The notes under the pieces were generated by a model. It saw only the letters and a program-made list of their open reading frames with translations. It did no database searches and had not been told where the DNA came from. The translations under genes were made by a program, and so were the position numbers. This document shows, in pieces, positions 44,593 through 59,257 of a stretch of 64,000 bases of DNA. The stretch's first letter is position 1. Every line of letters starts with the position of its first letter. The DNA lies in assembly GCF_009914755.1 (NCBI RefSeq), contig NC_060927.1. One strand, written 5' to 3'. This DNA comes from the human T2T-CHM13v2.0 reference genome, Homo sapiens.

Positions 44593-47118
44593 GTAAGTAT
44601 TAATAGCAAAAACTGACTCAAACTAACTTGTTTAGACCAACTTAACAATATATTTAAAGTTACTATTTTAGAATTTTGTTCAAGTAATCTTATGGCAAGA
44701 AACTCTTGGTTAATTCCTGCTCCTTTTTGCACAATAAATGTGGCATCACTCATTGAACAACTCTATATGGCAGGACTGCTCCCTAACTGGCACCAATCCT
44801 ACAGGTTAATTATTCATTCCTGTGTATGGATTAGAAACTAAGGCTCACAGGCATTGGATGACTTGCCTTGGCCTCATAGCTACTGAATTGTGGAACTCAG
44901 CTTAAAACTTCAAATCCCAAACTCTGTGTCACATATCATATCATATATCCTAGAATCTGACCAAGAAAATAGCTTAAGGATAGTTTCCTTCTGTTTTTAG
45001 GCTGCTAATTAAACTCCCTTTGACCTTGTAGAAGGCACGTCATTGTGAATTTAGGGTTTTCTTTCTTGAATTTGAAAGTCTGATGGGGTTATTTACTATC
45101 TCCAGGTAATTTGAATTCAAAATGATTGGATTTTCAAAATGCCTTCCTTTCCATAACGGTATATTATCATTGAACACATAACAAGAAGAGGTTAAATCTG
45201 GGAACAATTCCTATCAATCACAATCATTGTCAAAAAATTTTTTTCTGCTCTAACGCACCTCTGTGATCCCATTGACAATAAAGATGGACTCCGGCTGCCA
45301 TTTTTATGATGGAGTCCAGCCAAAACATAGCGGAATACAAAAATGGGGCCCTGACTTGAAAAGCTCTCCCCACTTCCTAGGCTGCTATAAAAATCTGTCC
45401 ACCCCCTTTACGTTGAGAATAAGTGGCCTAAAGTCATCCATGTGATATAGTGAGAGCATATTTTCCACCCAACTACAGTACTAGCCCTGTTCATCACAGT
45501 CTTACTACCTTTATCAAACAGGGTTTTTGCAGTTGAGTCACAGAATGCCCAAAACAATTTCAATGACTGTTGTCTCAGTTCTATGCCAAGAGTGGTATCT
45601 GATTGGTACAACTTTAGATGGCACAGGAAAGAAGTTAATTCGTTACATCAGTGGATGCCTGGGTTCACTAGGGATTATCTCTTGGGACCCTGACTGAGAA
45701 AGGCTGGATGAAATTGCCAGCGTAAACCATTCTGGACCTCTTTCACATGGTTCAGCTTAATAACTTTGGCTAAGTGAAAGAAATATTAACTACTTCACAA
45801 AGACATTGGAGATATTGAATATCCTGAGGTCTAGGAAAGTACATAGCCCAATGTCTACCACAAAAGAAGTACTTGATAAACTTTAATGGTGGTATTAATT
45901 GAAGGAAGGGTAACATTGATTGTAATAACAGGAAAGTGTAAATCGAGAACATTCTTCATAAATTAAGCAGAATGTTCTCACATTAAAACCAATTTCTTGG
46001 GCAGGAGAGATATTAAAAATGCTAAATCTCAGAATGGCGCAAGCACCAACCAATGAAAACAGATGCCCGACCAATCGAAGTGGACGTCCTACCATTCAGA
46101 CACATGTAGCCTTTATGCCAGAATGGTGCCAGGGCTAAGGCAGAAACAGGGACACCTAATGAAGTCAAACACTGATGACTACCTTTTGTAAAGACAGCTG
46201 TCCGTAGAGCTGCTCACATTCATCTTTCATATGGAAAATGTCTATCTCCCCTGTTAAACTAGTGCTAACACCAATCAACTTCTGCTGAGAAATACATAGA
46301 AAATTAAGGACAGCACAACCACATGTGAGATCTAAGTGTACTAGCCACTAGGATCATTAATGTCTGTGGAGTCAGGACTTGACAATAGAAGAGATAAGCA
46401 AGCGCAATTTTGAAGTCAAGCCTATTTCAGCTTCGACTTCCTGGGTCAGCATGGTGGAAATGATGCTTGGTATAGAGTTAACCTATTGAGGTTTTATAAA
46501 AGTTATTATTTCATTGTCCTCTGATACACCCCATCCCCACCGAGTATTCTGTCAGGAACACAACAGACTGCGGTGGTGGAAAATAAGCAGATGCTGTTGT
46601 TTTCTTTGGTAGGAACATAAAAAATGTAGATCTTAGTTAATAGTTGGGTCTGGGTGACTTCAAAGGGAAAGAGAAAGTTATTGTGGTCTGCTTTGATGAG
46701 ACTCTTACCTCACTCCTCACTCTATTTTTTTCTTTGTTTCAGTTTTACTTTAAAAACACAAATCCAGTCAAAATGTGTAAATAACTACAGTACTTCTGAA
46801 TCGCAAAATCAAAATTTTCTATTAATAGGTTGCTGTGCTCTGAAATATCCAGGCTGCAAGTTTCTTTGACATTTAAGCCCTTCATGAATAAAGTGAATTA
46901 GATAGATGGTATAGGCATTTCCCTAAGGCCAATGTGGCTTCCCACCTTCCCTGCACGCATCCCCTGGGGCATATTTTTTATTTAAACCTGTATTCGAAGT
47001 CCCCATATGTGAAATTTCTTAGGTAAAGTATCAATAATCTTAATAATGATGATGATAATAGTGATAATTCCTGATACTTGCAAAGTGCCTAATCATTTAT
47101 CGGGTACTTTCTTATATA

Positions 47119-47366
47119 CACTTGACCCTTGAACAACACAGGTTTGAGCTGTATGGGTCTACTTATATGTGGATTTTTTTTCTACCACACTCAGATTGCA
47201 AATACAATATTCGTGGGATGTGAAATAACCCACATATATGGAAGACTGACTTGTCATATACTCGGGTTCCAGAGGGCTGACTGCAGGACTTGAGTATGTG
47301 TGGATTTTAGTGTACTACGGTCCTGAGTCCTGAGTCCAATCCCCTGTGTCTACCAAAGGATGACTG
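47119..47366 (-). mobile_element. MER8 (Tigger-family MITE) inserted in a MIR
   Basis: cacttgacccttgaacaacacaggtttgagctg..actgcaggacttgagtatgtgtggatttt..aatcccctgtgtctaccaaaggatgactg; TA on both flanks. Confidence 0.85.
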
Positions 47367-47961
47367 TAATAGCTCCTTAATCCTCACAGAAATCTTGTCA
47401 AATAGGTTAACAATTATTTTCCCATTTTATTGAGCAATTATAAGACTTGATCCGTAAACAGTGGCATCTGGATGAGAAGCCAAGTGTTACAAACAAAAGA
47501 CGTTTTGGGTTAAAATACCATAGCTTTTCCTGAATTAGATTTAACATCTTGGACATGTCTGTTTCACAAAAAAATGGATCATGGCTGTCAGTAATACCAG
47601 TTTAGAGTTAATCTACGCTTCAAGGTTTCAGAAGATTTTCACATAACACAGATAATCTCATTTGATTTTCACAACCTAGCATGAAGGTCAATAAAGGTCT
47701 TTTGAAAGTCAGTAAATCAAGGCCAAGAGAGATTAAGAGATTTAGATGAAATCACACAGCAGGAATCAGCCCAAGACAACTAAGCACCAAAACTGTAGCT
47801 CTTCCTTCACTCCATGCTTTGGCATCTCTTCTAATCGTATTTCTAATTGGCAATTCTATCTCTTCCATTATCCTGTGAATGTGACACTCTGTACTGAAAC
47901 GATGGAGATAACCAAATACATATTAATTTTGAAATAGAATGAGGATATGGTCTTTCCGGAT

Positions 47962-48210
47962 GCTAGTCTAGTGTTACTGTTAAGAACAGGGACTATATGG
48001 GTTCAAATCCTGGCTCTGCCATTTTCTAGCTACGTGACTTTAGGCAAGACTCCTAACCTCTTTGTGCTGGAATTTCCTCATCTGTAAAATAAGGATAACA
48101 AGAATACCTGCCTCAGAGGACATGTGAGTATTTAGTGAGTTTAATATAGGTAAAGTACTTGGAAGCTGCCTGTCATATAGTAAATACCATTAAACATCAT
48201 CCATTACTAT
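47962..48210 (+). mobile_element. MIR (near full length)
   Basis: gggttcaaatcctggctctgcca..gtgactttaggcaag..tttcctcatctgtaaaataaggataac. Confidence 0.88.
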
Positions 48211-49169
48211 TGTCATTGGAGAAATAGCAACACAAGAGTCTGTGTCAATTTCCTGTTGTATAGTTTGGAATGGGAAAATGAAGGAGGGCCAATATACCCT
48301 AAATTATCTTGTCATCCATTACGGGTTTAGAATGAAGTGTACTTTTTCAAATCTGGCCTCTAGGGTGGTCTCTTCATCAAGCAGCTATTCTCCAAACTTT
48401 GGATTAACAGGGCTATGAACCAAACTCCAAGGTGTAGCAGTGTTCTTCAGGTAAAGTGCTGCCTTTGTGATAGCCTGTGGAATCATCTCCTCACATTTAT
48501 TAAAAGTACTGTGCTGGCGAATGCTGGAGAAATATTTCTGGGGCGCATAGACATCCAAACCAGGATGTAATTAGTCCCATTCTTCTGCTAATCAAACATG
48601 CATTTGGCATTTGGAAACCAAATGAGCACTGTTCCACACTAGGTGATGCGAGATTTCCTTGGAGAATCTGGTCTTCCTAATCCTTTCATTCCAACCTGGG
48701 AGCAATAACAATGCTGGCTCTAAGAAAGGGTTGAGCAATAAAATGCAGATACTTCCAAATGTGGGCTTGCTTCCGTTTTCCAAATACAGAGTTCTAAAGT
48801 ATCCGAACGCCAACCAAGGCCATAGGCTGAGGGCATTTCTGAAGAAACTCACAAAACTAGATCGAGAGCCACCGTAGTACGTAGGACTTATGTAGCATGT
48901 AACTTACGTCCTTCCGACATGGGTGCCAAACTGCTCCAGAGACTCAGAGAAGCCAGACACCTGAGGTCTTGTCGAAGATGTGTTCTGAAAACGTCGGTGT
49001 TCCCATCTCTCAGGCAGGCTCACATATTTTTAACAGGCCATGGTTTGCATCACTAATGCTTTCATCAGCCAGTGTAAAATAAATCCATTAGTCACCGTGT
49101 CCTTCATGTGATAATGATATTTAGAGCTCATTAAAAAGTAATTGCAGCCACTTTCCCCTACTTTATCAG

Positions 49170-49290
49170 CAGGATTCAGCTGGTGATTTGATGATCCGAA
49201 ACATCCAACTGAAGCATGCTGGGAAATATGTCTGCATGGTCCAAACAAGTGTGGACAGGCTATCTGCTGCTGCAGACCTGATTGTAAGAG
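49170..49290 (+). CDS. CNTN4: Contactin-4 coding exon (121 nt; second half of Ig6; tandem CAGCAG acceptor, alternative start 49173)
   Basis: ctttatcag|CAG GAT TCA...; [40 protein letters not shown]; AGAG|gtactg donor, phase 1. Confidence 0.95.
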
Positions 49291-52200
49291 GTACTGGATT
49301 TTGTTGTTATTGTTGTTCTTGAAATATTTTCATGATATCTACTGTAGCGCAGAGTTCCAGAAACCTCAGTGGTTTAGAATTATGGGAAAAAGTCAGGCAG
49401 AAGCTGAACATTGTAAACAGTGGCTAACAGTCCACAGAAGTTTCTGGTTCATATACAGTTCCTCAGTGCGGCTTGTCAGAAAATGCACCGAACACATCCA
49501 GTAACTTTACACTAGAAGGATAATTGAGTAAATCGAGTACCCGATTACGGCTGTTGGAGTTGATATGACCTTCTAGAACAAATTTAGGTGAACAAAAGCA
49601 GATAGTTTAAAGAGGGATTAAACTGTCCCTTTTTATGTTTCATCTGGGCCAAACTGAATTAGTATCCTAGGCCACTGGTATAACAGCAGCTTAAGTAAAG
49701 TCATCATCAGGTTTATCCGAGTTTCCTTTTTTCCCTAAACTTCACAGTGCTGTTCGGTTCCTAAAATAGGGTTTTGGGAGAGGACACTTCCTGACTGCCT
49801 GGGATGTAGTAAATGAGCTGAGAGTTGATGTAAATACTAACATTTTTGAGATTCTCTTGAATATTATCAGCATGACCTAATTTGGACCTAAGAGCTATGA
49901 CCCCCCCGGCTGAGCAACACCAACTGAGTACATTCCAAGCCTCACCAAACCGGTTGGCAAAGGAACTGTAAATGGACTTTTAAGAAATATTTTTAAATGA
50001 AAATTAAAATCTTCACTAACCAGTGTACATACCAGAATCCAACCTATGCATGCTCAGGGGTTTTCTATAGCATTAAAATAGAGGCCAATCCAGACATCAA
50101 AATAATATCTTAGCTAGAATCTCCTTCATCAGAATCCCTGACTGTTGGTGTTCAGGCATCTTTGGCCGGCTGGCAGAGCGCATGGCAAAACTTCGAACGC
50201 AAGAAAATAAAAATTTAGGGTATGAGCGTTGGAGGCAGGGTTAATCTGCATGCACAGAGAACAAGGTATTATTGGAAGCCATAAAGAGTGTTGCTGTATC
50301 CTCTAGGCATAATGTAAGGGGGGAAATGTGTGGGAGTTACCAACTTAAACTGATTGTGAAGAGAGGGTTCAAGAGAAATAGCAATTCCAATGTGTCTGCT
50401 TTGTTCCCCTTTCAATTGCCTTTAAAAAAACTTTCAGCAACAGTGCAGACAAGGGCTGGAAATGAGAAAAAACTTTCAACCGAGGTAGATCTGCCCACAG
50501 AATAACTTATAGAAATGTGTTTATTTCCATTTGAAAATACACCAGGCTGGTCTGCCCTCCCCTTGGGAACAAAAGAATTCTGTTGCTGAAAATTTATCCT
50601 CTATTTAATTAGGATAATGTTCAGATCAGCAGTTAAAACACCAATAAATTAGACTAATAAATATTTAAATCAGCAATACTTGAAGTTCTTAAATGATATT
50701 GTATACTTCATTTCACAGAAAATAACATTAAATACCAGGAGGAATTTGCAAACGCAGTCTAAAAGAAAATCTAGTCTAATCAGTTAATAAGGCCAATAAA
50801 TTAATGTGCCATTTAAAACCATAATCTTTCATTTTATCTCCTTCTGCTCTGCCCTTGCAGCTTTTCTTGCACATTACAGAGGGGGAGGCAGGAATGTATT
50901 TCACCACCCTGAAAGACATTTTCATATTTGAAACGTATAGCAGCTTTGAGTCTTGGCTCCAGATTCTTTGATTTTCTGAGGCCTGTTCTATTTAACCTAT
51001 AGCACTGTAATGGCAGCCAGAAAGGCCACCCTTCCTGAGGGAGAAGCAGACCCCAGAATCAAACTAATCTTCCCTTTGCCATTGCCTGAAACAAAATCTT
51101 CTACATGCCCCTGAGTGTGTTATCATTTTGTTCAGAGGACAAACATTTGTACATTTTTCATTTTGAAAGAGGGAGTCCACTTCCCTAAAACAAAGTTGGT
51201 AAACATTCTGTAAGGTCGTAGCTATGCATCGGTAGGAGAGGGTGGCAGGAAGATAAAAAAAAGAACAAACAAATCCAGGAAACTACCATCTTCTCTCCAG
51301 TGTCCAAACTCATACCAGCCCTTCATTTTCTTCCTATAGAGAGGCCAACAATGGACTCAGATATTTCCTATCGATTTAATTCTTTGAAGAGTTCAGAGGG
51401 AAACACTTTTCTATTTGTGGTACTTAGATTTTAAAGGACATCAGTGCAGCATCCATTAAAAAAAATGGTGGGGAATGCTAGGATGAGAAAACTAGTGAAA
51501 AAAATTATATTGTCTTCTAGACTTTATCTGGTTAAAAGGGGTCCCAAGACCAAAGGTTACATCAGCTCTATCTAGGTGACATTAGACTGACATGCTGAAA
51601 TGTCACCATGGAAAATTAATCAGTTCCAGCATACAGATTTCCAGACATTTCATTCAGGAGTGGGAGGGAGAAGATAAATTTAGTCTCACCTGTGGGTCTA
51701 TAAAAGTGATTTTTAAAAAAGGAAAGGGAATTTAGGGCATCACGTAAACGGTGAAGGAGTGAATCCTAGAACAAAGGCTAACTTCAGGAAATTGCTGTTA
51801 ATTTTGCACTGCTCTGTGAGAGGTTTCTTTTTTCCCTGTCCCTGTGACATGGCCTGATAGTATTTGGGTAGTACATTTGATTGCTAGACTGGGGATTAGC
51901 AAATCCTTCCTAGGAACATCTCCTTATGCCCGTCTAATGGGCATGAGGTTTGTCATTATGTCCCCTCACCATCACCTTCCCTCCTGAGGTGGTCAATTGT
52001 ACCTTGTTAAAAATGCATTTAACTGCCTGGTAAGAGATTTTCATGTTGGAAAGTGGGATAGCTGCGGGTCTTTGCTCTGGCTCTGTTGATATTTTGTCTT
52101 TACCTGCCAGCTGCTTTCCATCCCTCTATTTCTTTATTAGTTTCAAGCCTTCATTTAAATCTGATTTCCTCCCCTTTCCATGGTTTAAGTACATGGACAG

Positions 52201-52529
52201 AAACAACGAACATCAGGAAGAGAAGTAGAAAAATACGGGTATGAGTTGCAGAAACTACAGATGAGGGTCTTTAGTATCTAGCCTAATTTTGAAATTGCTT
52301 TGAAGAAGGGAGCGCCTTGACTCTTGCGCACCGGCCATTTTCACAGCAGTTCCCTTGCACGCAAGTGTGTGCTCACGTGGGAAGCAGGGTTGGATGTGAA
52401 GAGAGTGCTAGTAATTACAGTGCAGCAGAATGTGCAGAGCAACACTGTAACCTTCAAAGTTTTAAAGCCATTTGTGCTTAAATCTATATTCTCAGTGGTA
52501 GAAATAACCATTTCCAGCAGACTATACTC

Positions 52530-52865
52530 TTTATGAAATCAGGAGCAATATCTATCTTTTCTCACTACCGTATCCTCAAATAACACTGTCTGACCCATAT
52601 TAGGAACCTATAAATAAATAATGAATTAATGAATGTGGGCTCTTATGGTACCCCAATACTCTCTATTAACATTAAGTATTCAGTTGTAATTATTTGTTTA
52701 CCTATTAGTTTTTCATATTAAACTGTGGGCCCCTAGAAGGAAGGGGCTGTGTTTCATTCACCTCTGTGGTTTCCAAGCCCAGGAAAGTTCCAAGCACGTA
52801 GTAGGAGTTCAAAAAGGATTTGACAAGTGATGAATCTGTGAATGGGTAGATAAATGAATGGGTCA
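52530..52865 (+). mobile_element. Two tandem L2 3' tails
   Basis: Each ends in aataaa/tgaatg-type L2 terminal repeats (near 52635 and 52860). Confidence 0.6.
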
Positions 52866-52946
52866 ATGCCCCATTCAAGTATGTGGCTCCTTTACTTGGG
52901 TGTTTGAATACACTGCTCCAATTCTGGGGGTCTTGCTCTTTCCCAG

Positions 52947-53105
52947 GTCCTCCAGGTCCCCCAGAGGCTGTGACAATAGACGAAATCACAGATACCACTG
53001 CTCAGCTCTCCTGGAGACCCGGGCCTGACAACCACAGCCCCATCACCATGTATGTCATTCAAGCCAGGACTCCATTCTCCGTGGGCTGGCAAGCAGTCAG
53101 TACAG
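52947..53105 (+). CDS. CNTN4: Contactin-4 coding exon (159 nt; first half of FN3-1)
   Basis: ctttcccag| ... ACAG|gtacca; [53 protein letters not shown]. Confidence 0.96.
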
Positions 53106-53221
53106 GTACCATATTGGATGCTTGGCTCAGAGACATTGGGAACTCAGCATACTGGACACAGCACTGTGGCAAGGAACGTCTAAGTTCTCATTCAGACACT
53201 ACTACAAATGATATATTATGG

Positions 53222-53772
<551 letters not shown>

Positions 53773-53859
53773 GATTCTGCCTGACTATAGTCACTTAATA
53801 GTCACAGACTTCATAAAGTTTACACAGTGCTCTCAAAAACCAATAACAGAGGATTATAG

Positions 53860-54169
<310 letters not shown>

Positions 54170-54743
54170 CCATTTTTTTAGATGGATAAATTTGGGGATA
54201 AAAAGACATGAGATTTCTTTTTAACCAATTTTACAAATTCTTAAAAAAAAAAAAAACATTGTTAGCAGCAACACTTCCATCCTGTTTCCCTTTATTACAT
54301 GTATACAGCACTTCCTATTTTTTAAAAGTTTCACAGTTATTTCTCTTTGCATGTAAAAGAATTCTTATACCAACCCCACTCTGTCAGTACCTCCAAATTG
54401 ACTCATTTTCTTATTTAGATTTCATTTAAGGATAAATTGGATGAACAAGTAGTTATTACAAACAAAGATACACACTCCTCTAGACAGCAAAAGTAGGCTA
54501 TATGGCCTTGATGTTTTGAAGGAGAATATGCCCAGTGTTGAGCAATTCATATAAATCTTGTTGATTTTAACCCATTTGTTTTTTTCACTTTAGTTTACTA
54601 ATCCTTAGAAATGGGTTTCTGTGTTTCCTTCTGTAATCACTGAGTCACAGGTGTGCTTTAAGAAGGAAATATGAGAAAAATATAGAAGTTAGGAGATGAA
54701 TTCTAGACCTGACTGCTAATCAGCTGATCTCTATACATCTTCA

Positions 54744-55125
<382 letters not shown>

Positions 55126-55493
55126 ATATAATACTTTTACCTTTCTCAGAGGATAGTTGAAATAGTGTGTCTGGCACTATACAATAAATGCGGAAACACA
55201 TGTGAAGGGGTGATAGTAATGATTGAGTCAGGTAGTTTGGGGTCTTGTGGACTGTGTGTCTTTTATGATGTCATCTGCTGGTATCTGATTAGAGTGTGTT
55301 AGTTTAACATACAGAGATAGTTCTGAGATTACCTCACTGAAACAACTGTTGATGCAGCTAATATCAGAACACCTACACTGCCCTGAATACAATAATGATG
55401 AGGATGGATGGATGTTCCTATCTTCCTAACGTAATCTCTGCATTTGTTTTCTGAGAACCTATGAAACAGCCCCCACCTTTTGTTGTCTTTCAG

Positions 55494-55643
55494 TCCCAGA
55501 ACTCATTGATGGGAAGACATTCACAGCGACCGTGGTGGGTTTGAACCCTTGGGTTGAATATGAATTCCGCACAGTTGCAGCCAACGTGATTGGGATTGGG
55601 GAGCCCAGCCGCCCCTCAGAGAAACGGAGAACAGAAGAAGCTC
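55494..55643 (+). CDS. CNTN4: Contactin-4 coding exon (150 nt; second half of FN3-1)
   Basis: tgtctttcag| ... GCTC|gtgagt; (V)[49 protein letters not shown], with the FN3 LxPxxxYxFRxxAxN motif. Confidence 0.96.
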
Positions 55644-57247
55644 GTGAGTAGCACCCGAGATTCAGATCATCTGTTCTGCCAGCTGCTGTTCCTTAGGAAA
55701 AGCGTTTGAATTCTTGCTGCTCTTCAGCGCTCATGCGGCTCTGTGTTAGCTCACCCTTCCCTTTAAATGTTTATAATGATAGAAATCAGGCCAGGAGAAG
55801 CCCAGCTGAACACGCAACGGGTTTCAATCAAGAGTTGTTTTCTTCATTAGGTCCACTTGTACAGCAAGAGACACACGGTGCTTAGTCCTCTCAAAAGCCA
55901 GCCCTTTCTTCATTGGTTCATTTGTCACCAAGATTCTAACAGAATTTCAAAAAAAAATCCCACATTTCAAATAAAATTATCTCACATAAGTAACTAATGG
56001 CAAAGAATAATTTGTGACTGCTCTGGACACAGCCACCATGGGGTAATCCTGTTTAGAATAGAAATAAAAAATAATTTCTTCAGAAATGTTCACTTAGATT
56101 ATCTTTCTTAGGGTATAAACCATTCCCAGAAACGAAGATTCAGAACATCGTGCTCATTCGAACAAGACCAGTCAGCAATTCAGTATGGCCCTCTGCATAT
56201 GCAGCTTGAATGAGCACGGGGAGAGAAGAACAAGTTCATCAGGGTCAGCCGTACTTTTACTTAGCTGGTGTAAAGCAAGAGGCCTACATGTGCCGTCTTT
56301 TATAGAGTTCCCGCCTGTAGAGAGGCCAGTGTGTTGAAGGAATAATAAGGTCCCTACACAAATAGGAGTTCTGACCCTACTCTCAGAAAAGCAAAAACTC
56401 ATCTAGATCTATTTGATTGGCTTTAACCAAGGAGACATACCCAGTCACCAGCCACATACCCCAGTGAGACCTTTTTAAATGTGGCCCGGAGCCTTTCAGT
56501 TACGTGATGACAATATAGCTAGTCCCCTGCTTTCTTTTCCCCTTCCAAAACCATAATTGAATTAATTCCCCTCAGCAATCCTGAGGTGGAAGCTCGCATA
56601 ATTTCCTCTCTTTTATAGAGAAAACTGGTGATCAAAGAGGTTAAGCTCAGTGAGCCGGGGGTCAACTTCTGTCTGCCACTTCCTTCAACACTCAGATCAA
56701 AACTCTTCCTCCCAGAAGCCATTCGCCCACCCCAGCTCTGAGCAGGGCGCTACTCCGGAACGCCCCCCGCTTCTCCATGCTGACTGTTCCTTACCCTGGT
56801 TGTCGACCTTGCTCTAACTGGTGCAGGCGCCCCTCCACTCCAACCAGCTTGTAAGCTCTGCCTGGGCAGAGCTTGTACTCTTCCCTTTGTGTATCTCCAC
56901 GTGGCTCATAAACGCATAACCAAACATTAGGACCAGACTTCAGTCCTTTCCTCCCTTCGGGAACCCCTCGGCCTCTAGGGATGGAGCTGAACAATTGGTC
57001 AGACGTGTCAGATAACACGTGTGCCTTGTTGAATGGGAAACAGGTAATTAATAGCAGTCTCCTTGGTACATTTCACTTCCTCGAGCGGTCGCCGTGGGCC
57101 CCTTGACAATGCTGTTGCTGATCTCCAGAGACAAAGGGGCGTGCCTCAGAGTACTCATTGAAAGTGAGTCACCTCTGCCAGGCAACCTTCCTGGCCCTCA
57201 TTCGCCTTTGCCGCCTGACATAACTTGTTTTTTGTCTCCTTGTGCAG

Positions 57248-57318
57248 TCCCCGAAGTCACACCAGCGAATGTCAGTGGTGGCGGAGGCAGCAAATCTGAA
57301 CTGGTTATAACCTGGGAG
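57248..57318 (+). CDS. CNTN4: Contactin-4 coding exon (71 nt; start of FN3-2)
   Basis: ctccttgtgcag| ... GAG|gtaaat; (L)[23 protein letters not shown], the glycine-rich contactin hallmark. Confidence 0.96.
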
Positions 57319-58351
57319 GTAAATGAATCACAGAATAAAAGGAACGTACACGCATCGAAGCTATTTTATTATTTTCCTCCATGTTAGACATAGCTGGGAA
57401 GTTTCCTCCTCTGTTTTTAACAGTGAAAATTCATTTGGGTTCAGACACTCCCTCTCACGTAGCTAATGGCTAGCAGGAAGGACGGCACTTGCCCATCCAT
57501 TGTTGAGGCAAGTTTTAATTCAATCCATCACAGTAAAAACAATTATGAAGGGAAGACAACACACGTTACAAAAAAAAATAAAGAAGGCTGTTTCAGAGAA
57601 AACTAGTTTTTCTTTTCTTCCTGAATTGCTGCATGGCCAATTGATTTAAAACGTCTGCCAGCAATAGATTCAGTGCACCAGCACAATTTCCTGGCAATTG
57701 GCTTTGCTTCTAGAAGGGGCCCTCTTTTAGGAGGTATTTTTTAAAACAACCTGGAGGAAAGTTAGTCACCAATTTATTAAAAATTGGCTTTGAGAGAAGA
57801 GGTGGGAGCTTTAGAAAGGGTTCTTCATGTTTTTGAAAGATTCTAAACAGCCCCAGAAATTAAAATCTCTCATTTACCCAAAGCACAGCAGTGAAAGAAA
57901 TCACTCATCCCTCCAGCTGAACTCTTCCCTCTGAGAGGGAGGATCTTCAGCCAAGATGGTTTTTCTTCCTTCAGTGAGATCTTTTGTCTATTTGGCAATG
58001 GAAGAAGATTAGTATTAGAGGATACGTGTTGGAAATGTGGTTTTTCAGGAGACCGATGTCCAGTGTTTTTTTTTTTACAATCATTTCCAACCATTTCAGA
58101 GCTGGGTCTGCCCCATCAAAGAGCAAGCTCTGGACTGCAGATCCTCATTACGTTTTCAACCCTGTCCAGTACATCATAACTGTTTAAGATAGACTGACTG
58201 CAAGCCCTAAATTTAAAAGACTGTTAACAAAACGCCAAATAAGATGGGTGGAGAAGGATGTAGACAAGAATGTTACAAGGGAAACAAAAACGATTTTTGC
58301 ATTTGAGTGAAACTACTGTGATTTCTGAAGACCACCTTCCTTCTTTCCCAG

Positions 58352-58586
58352 ACGGTCCCTGAGGAATTACAGAATGGTCGAGGCTTTGGTTATGTGGTGG
58401 CCTTCCGGCCCTACGGTAAAATGATCTGGATGCTGACAGTGCTGGCCTCAGCTGATGCCTCTAGATACGTGTTCAGGAATGAGAGCGTGCACCCCTTCTC
58501 TCCCTTTGAGGTTAAAGTAGGTGTCTTCAACAACAAAGGAGAAGGCCCTTTCAGTCCCACCACGGTGGTGTATTCTGCAGAAGAAG
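58352..58586 (+). CDS. CNTN4: Contactin-4 coding exon (235 nt; FN3-2)
   Basis: ttctttcccag| ... GAAG|gtatcg; [78 protein letters not shown]. Confidence 0.97.
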
Positions 58587-58963
58587 GTATCGTTTATGCT
58601 GCCTAGATCATTGACTGTTAATATTTCTTCAATTCTAAAATGTGGATTGTAGCACGTACAATCAATTTCGCATGGTACATGTATCTTGAAGGCATACCTG
58701 ATTTGAGAAGAGGATAATGTAAACAATTTGGTTCGCTGTCCACCATGAATCTCTTGAAAAGATAGCGACTGCTCTGTATATGAAAACACTTGGCTGTCCA
58801 TTATTGATTCCATTGCTAAGGACCAGAATTGCAAATACCATATAAGATCTTCATATCTATCTATATGTTATCATTACTTTCAAAAGAATTTTATTTTTGC
58901 CTTTAAGTGAATATCAAAATATAATTTGCATTTTCTTACCACTTGTATTTTCATAAAGCATAT

Positions 58964-59257
<294 letters not shown>

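Noticed and set aside
45095-48460. Other YAG|GT motifs (ctccag|gtaatt ~45105, cttag|gtaaag ~47022, ttcag|gtaaag ~48450)
   Set aside because: Short pyrimidine tracts in a 4.6-kb intron; weak recursive-site candidates
48882-48911. Imperfect 30-nt palindrome aggacttatgtagcatgtaacttacgtcct
   Set aside because: Four of 15 pairs mismatch; within chance expectation for 64 kb
58448-58834. 128-aa minus-strand ORF antisense to a CNTN4 exon
   Set aside because: Non-ATG start, no recognisable homology, partly a shadow of the coding exon
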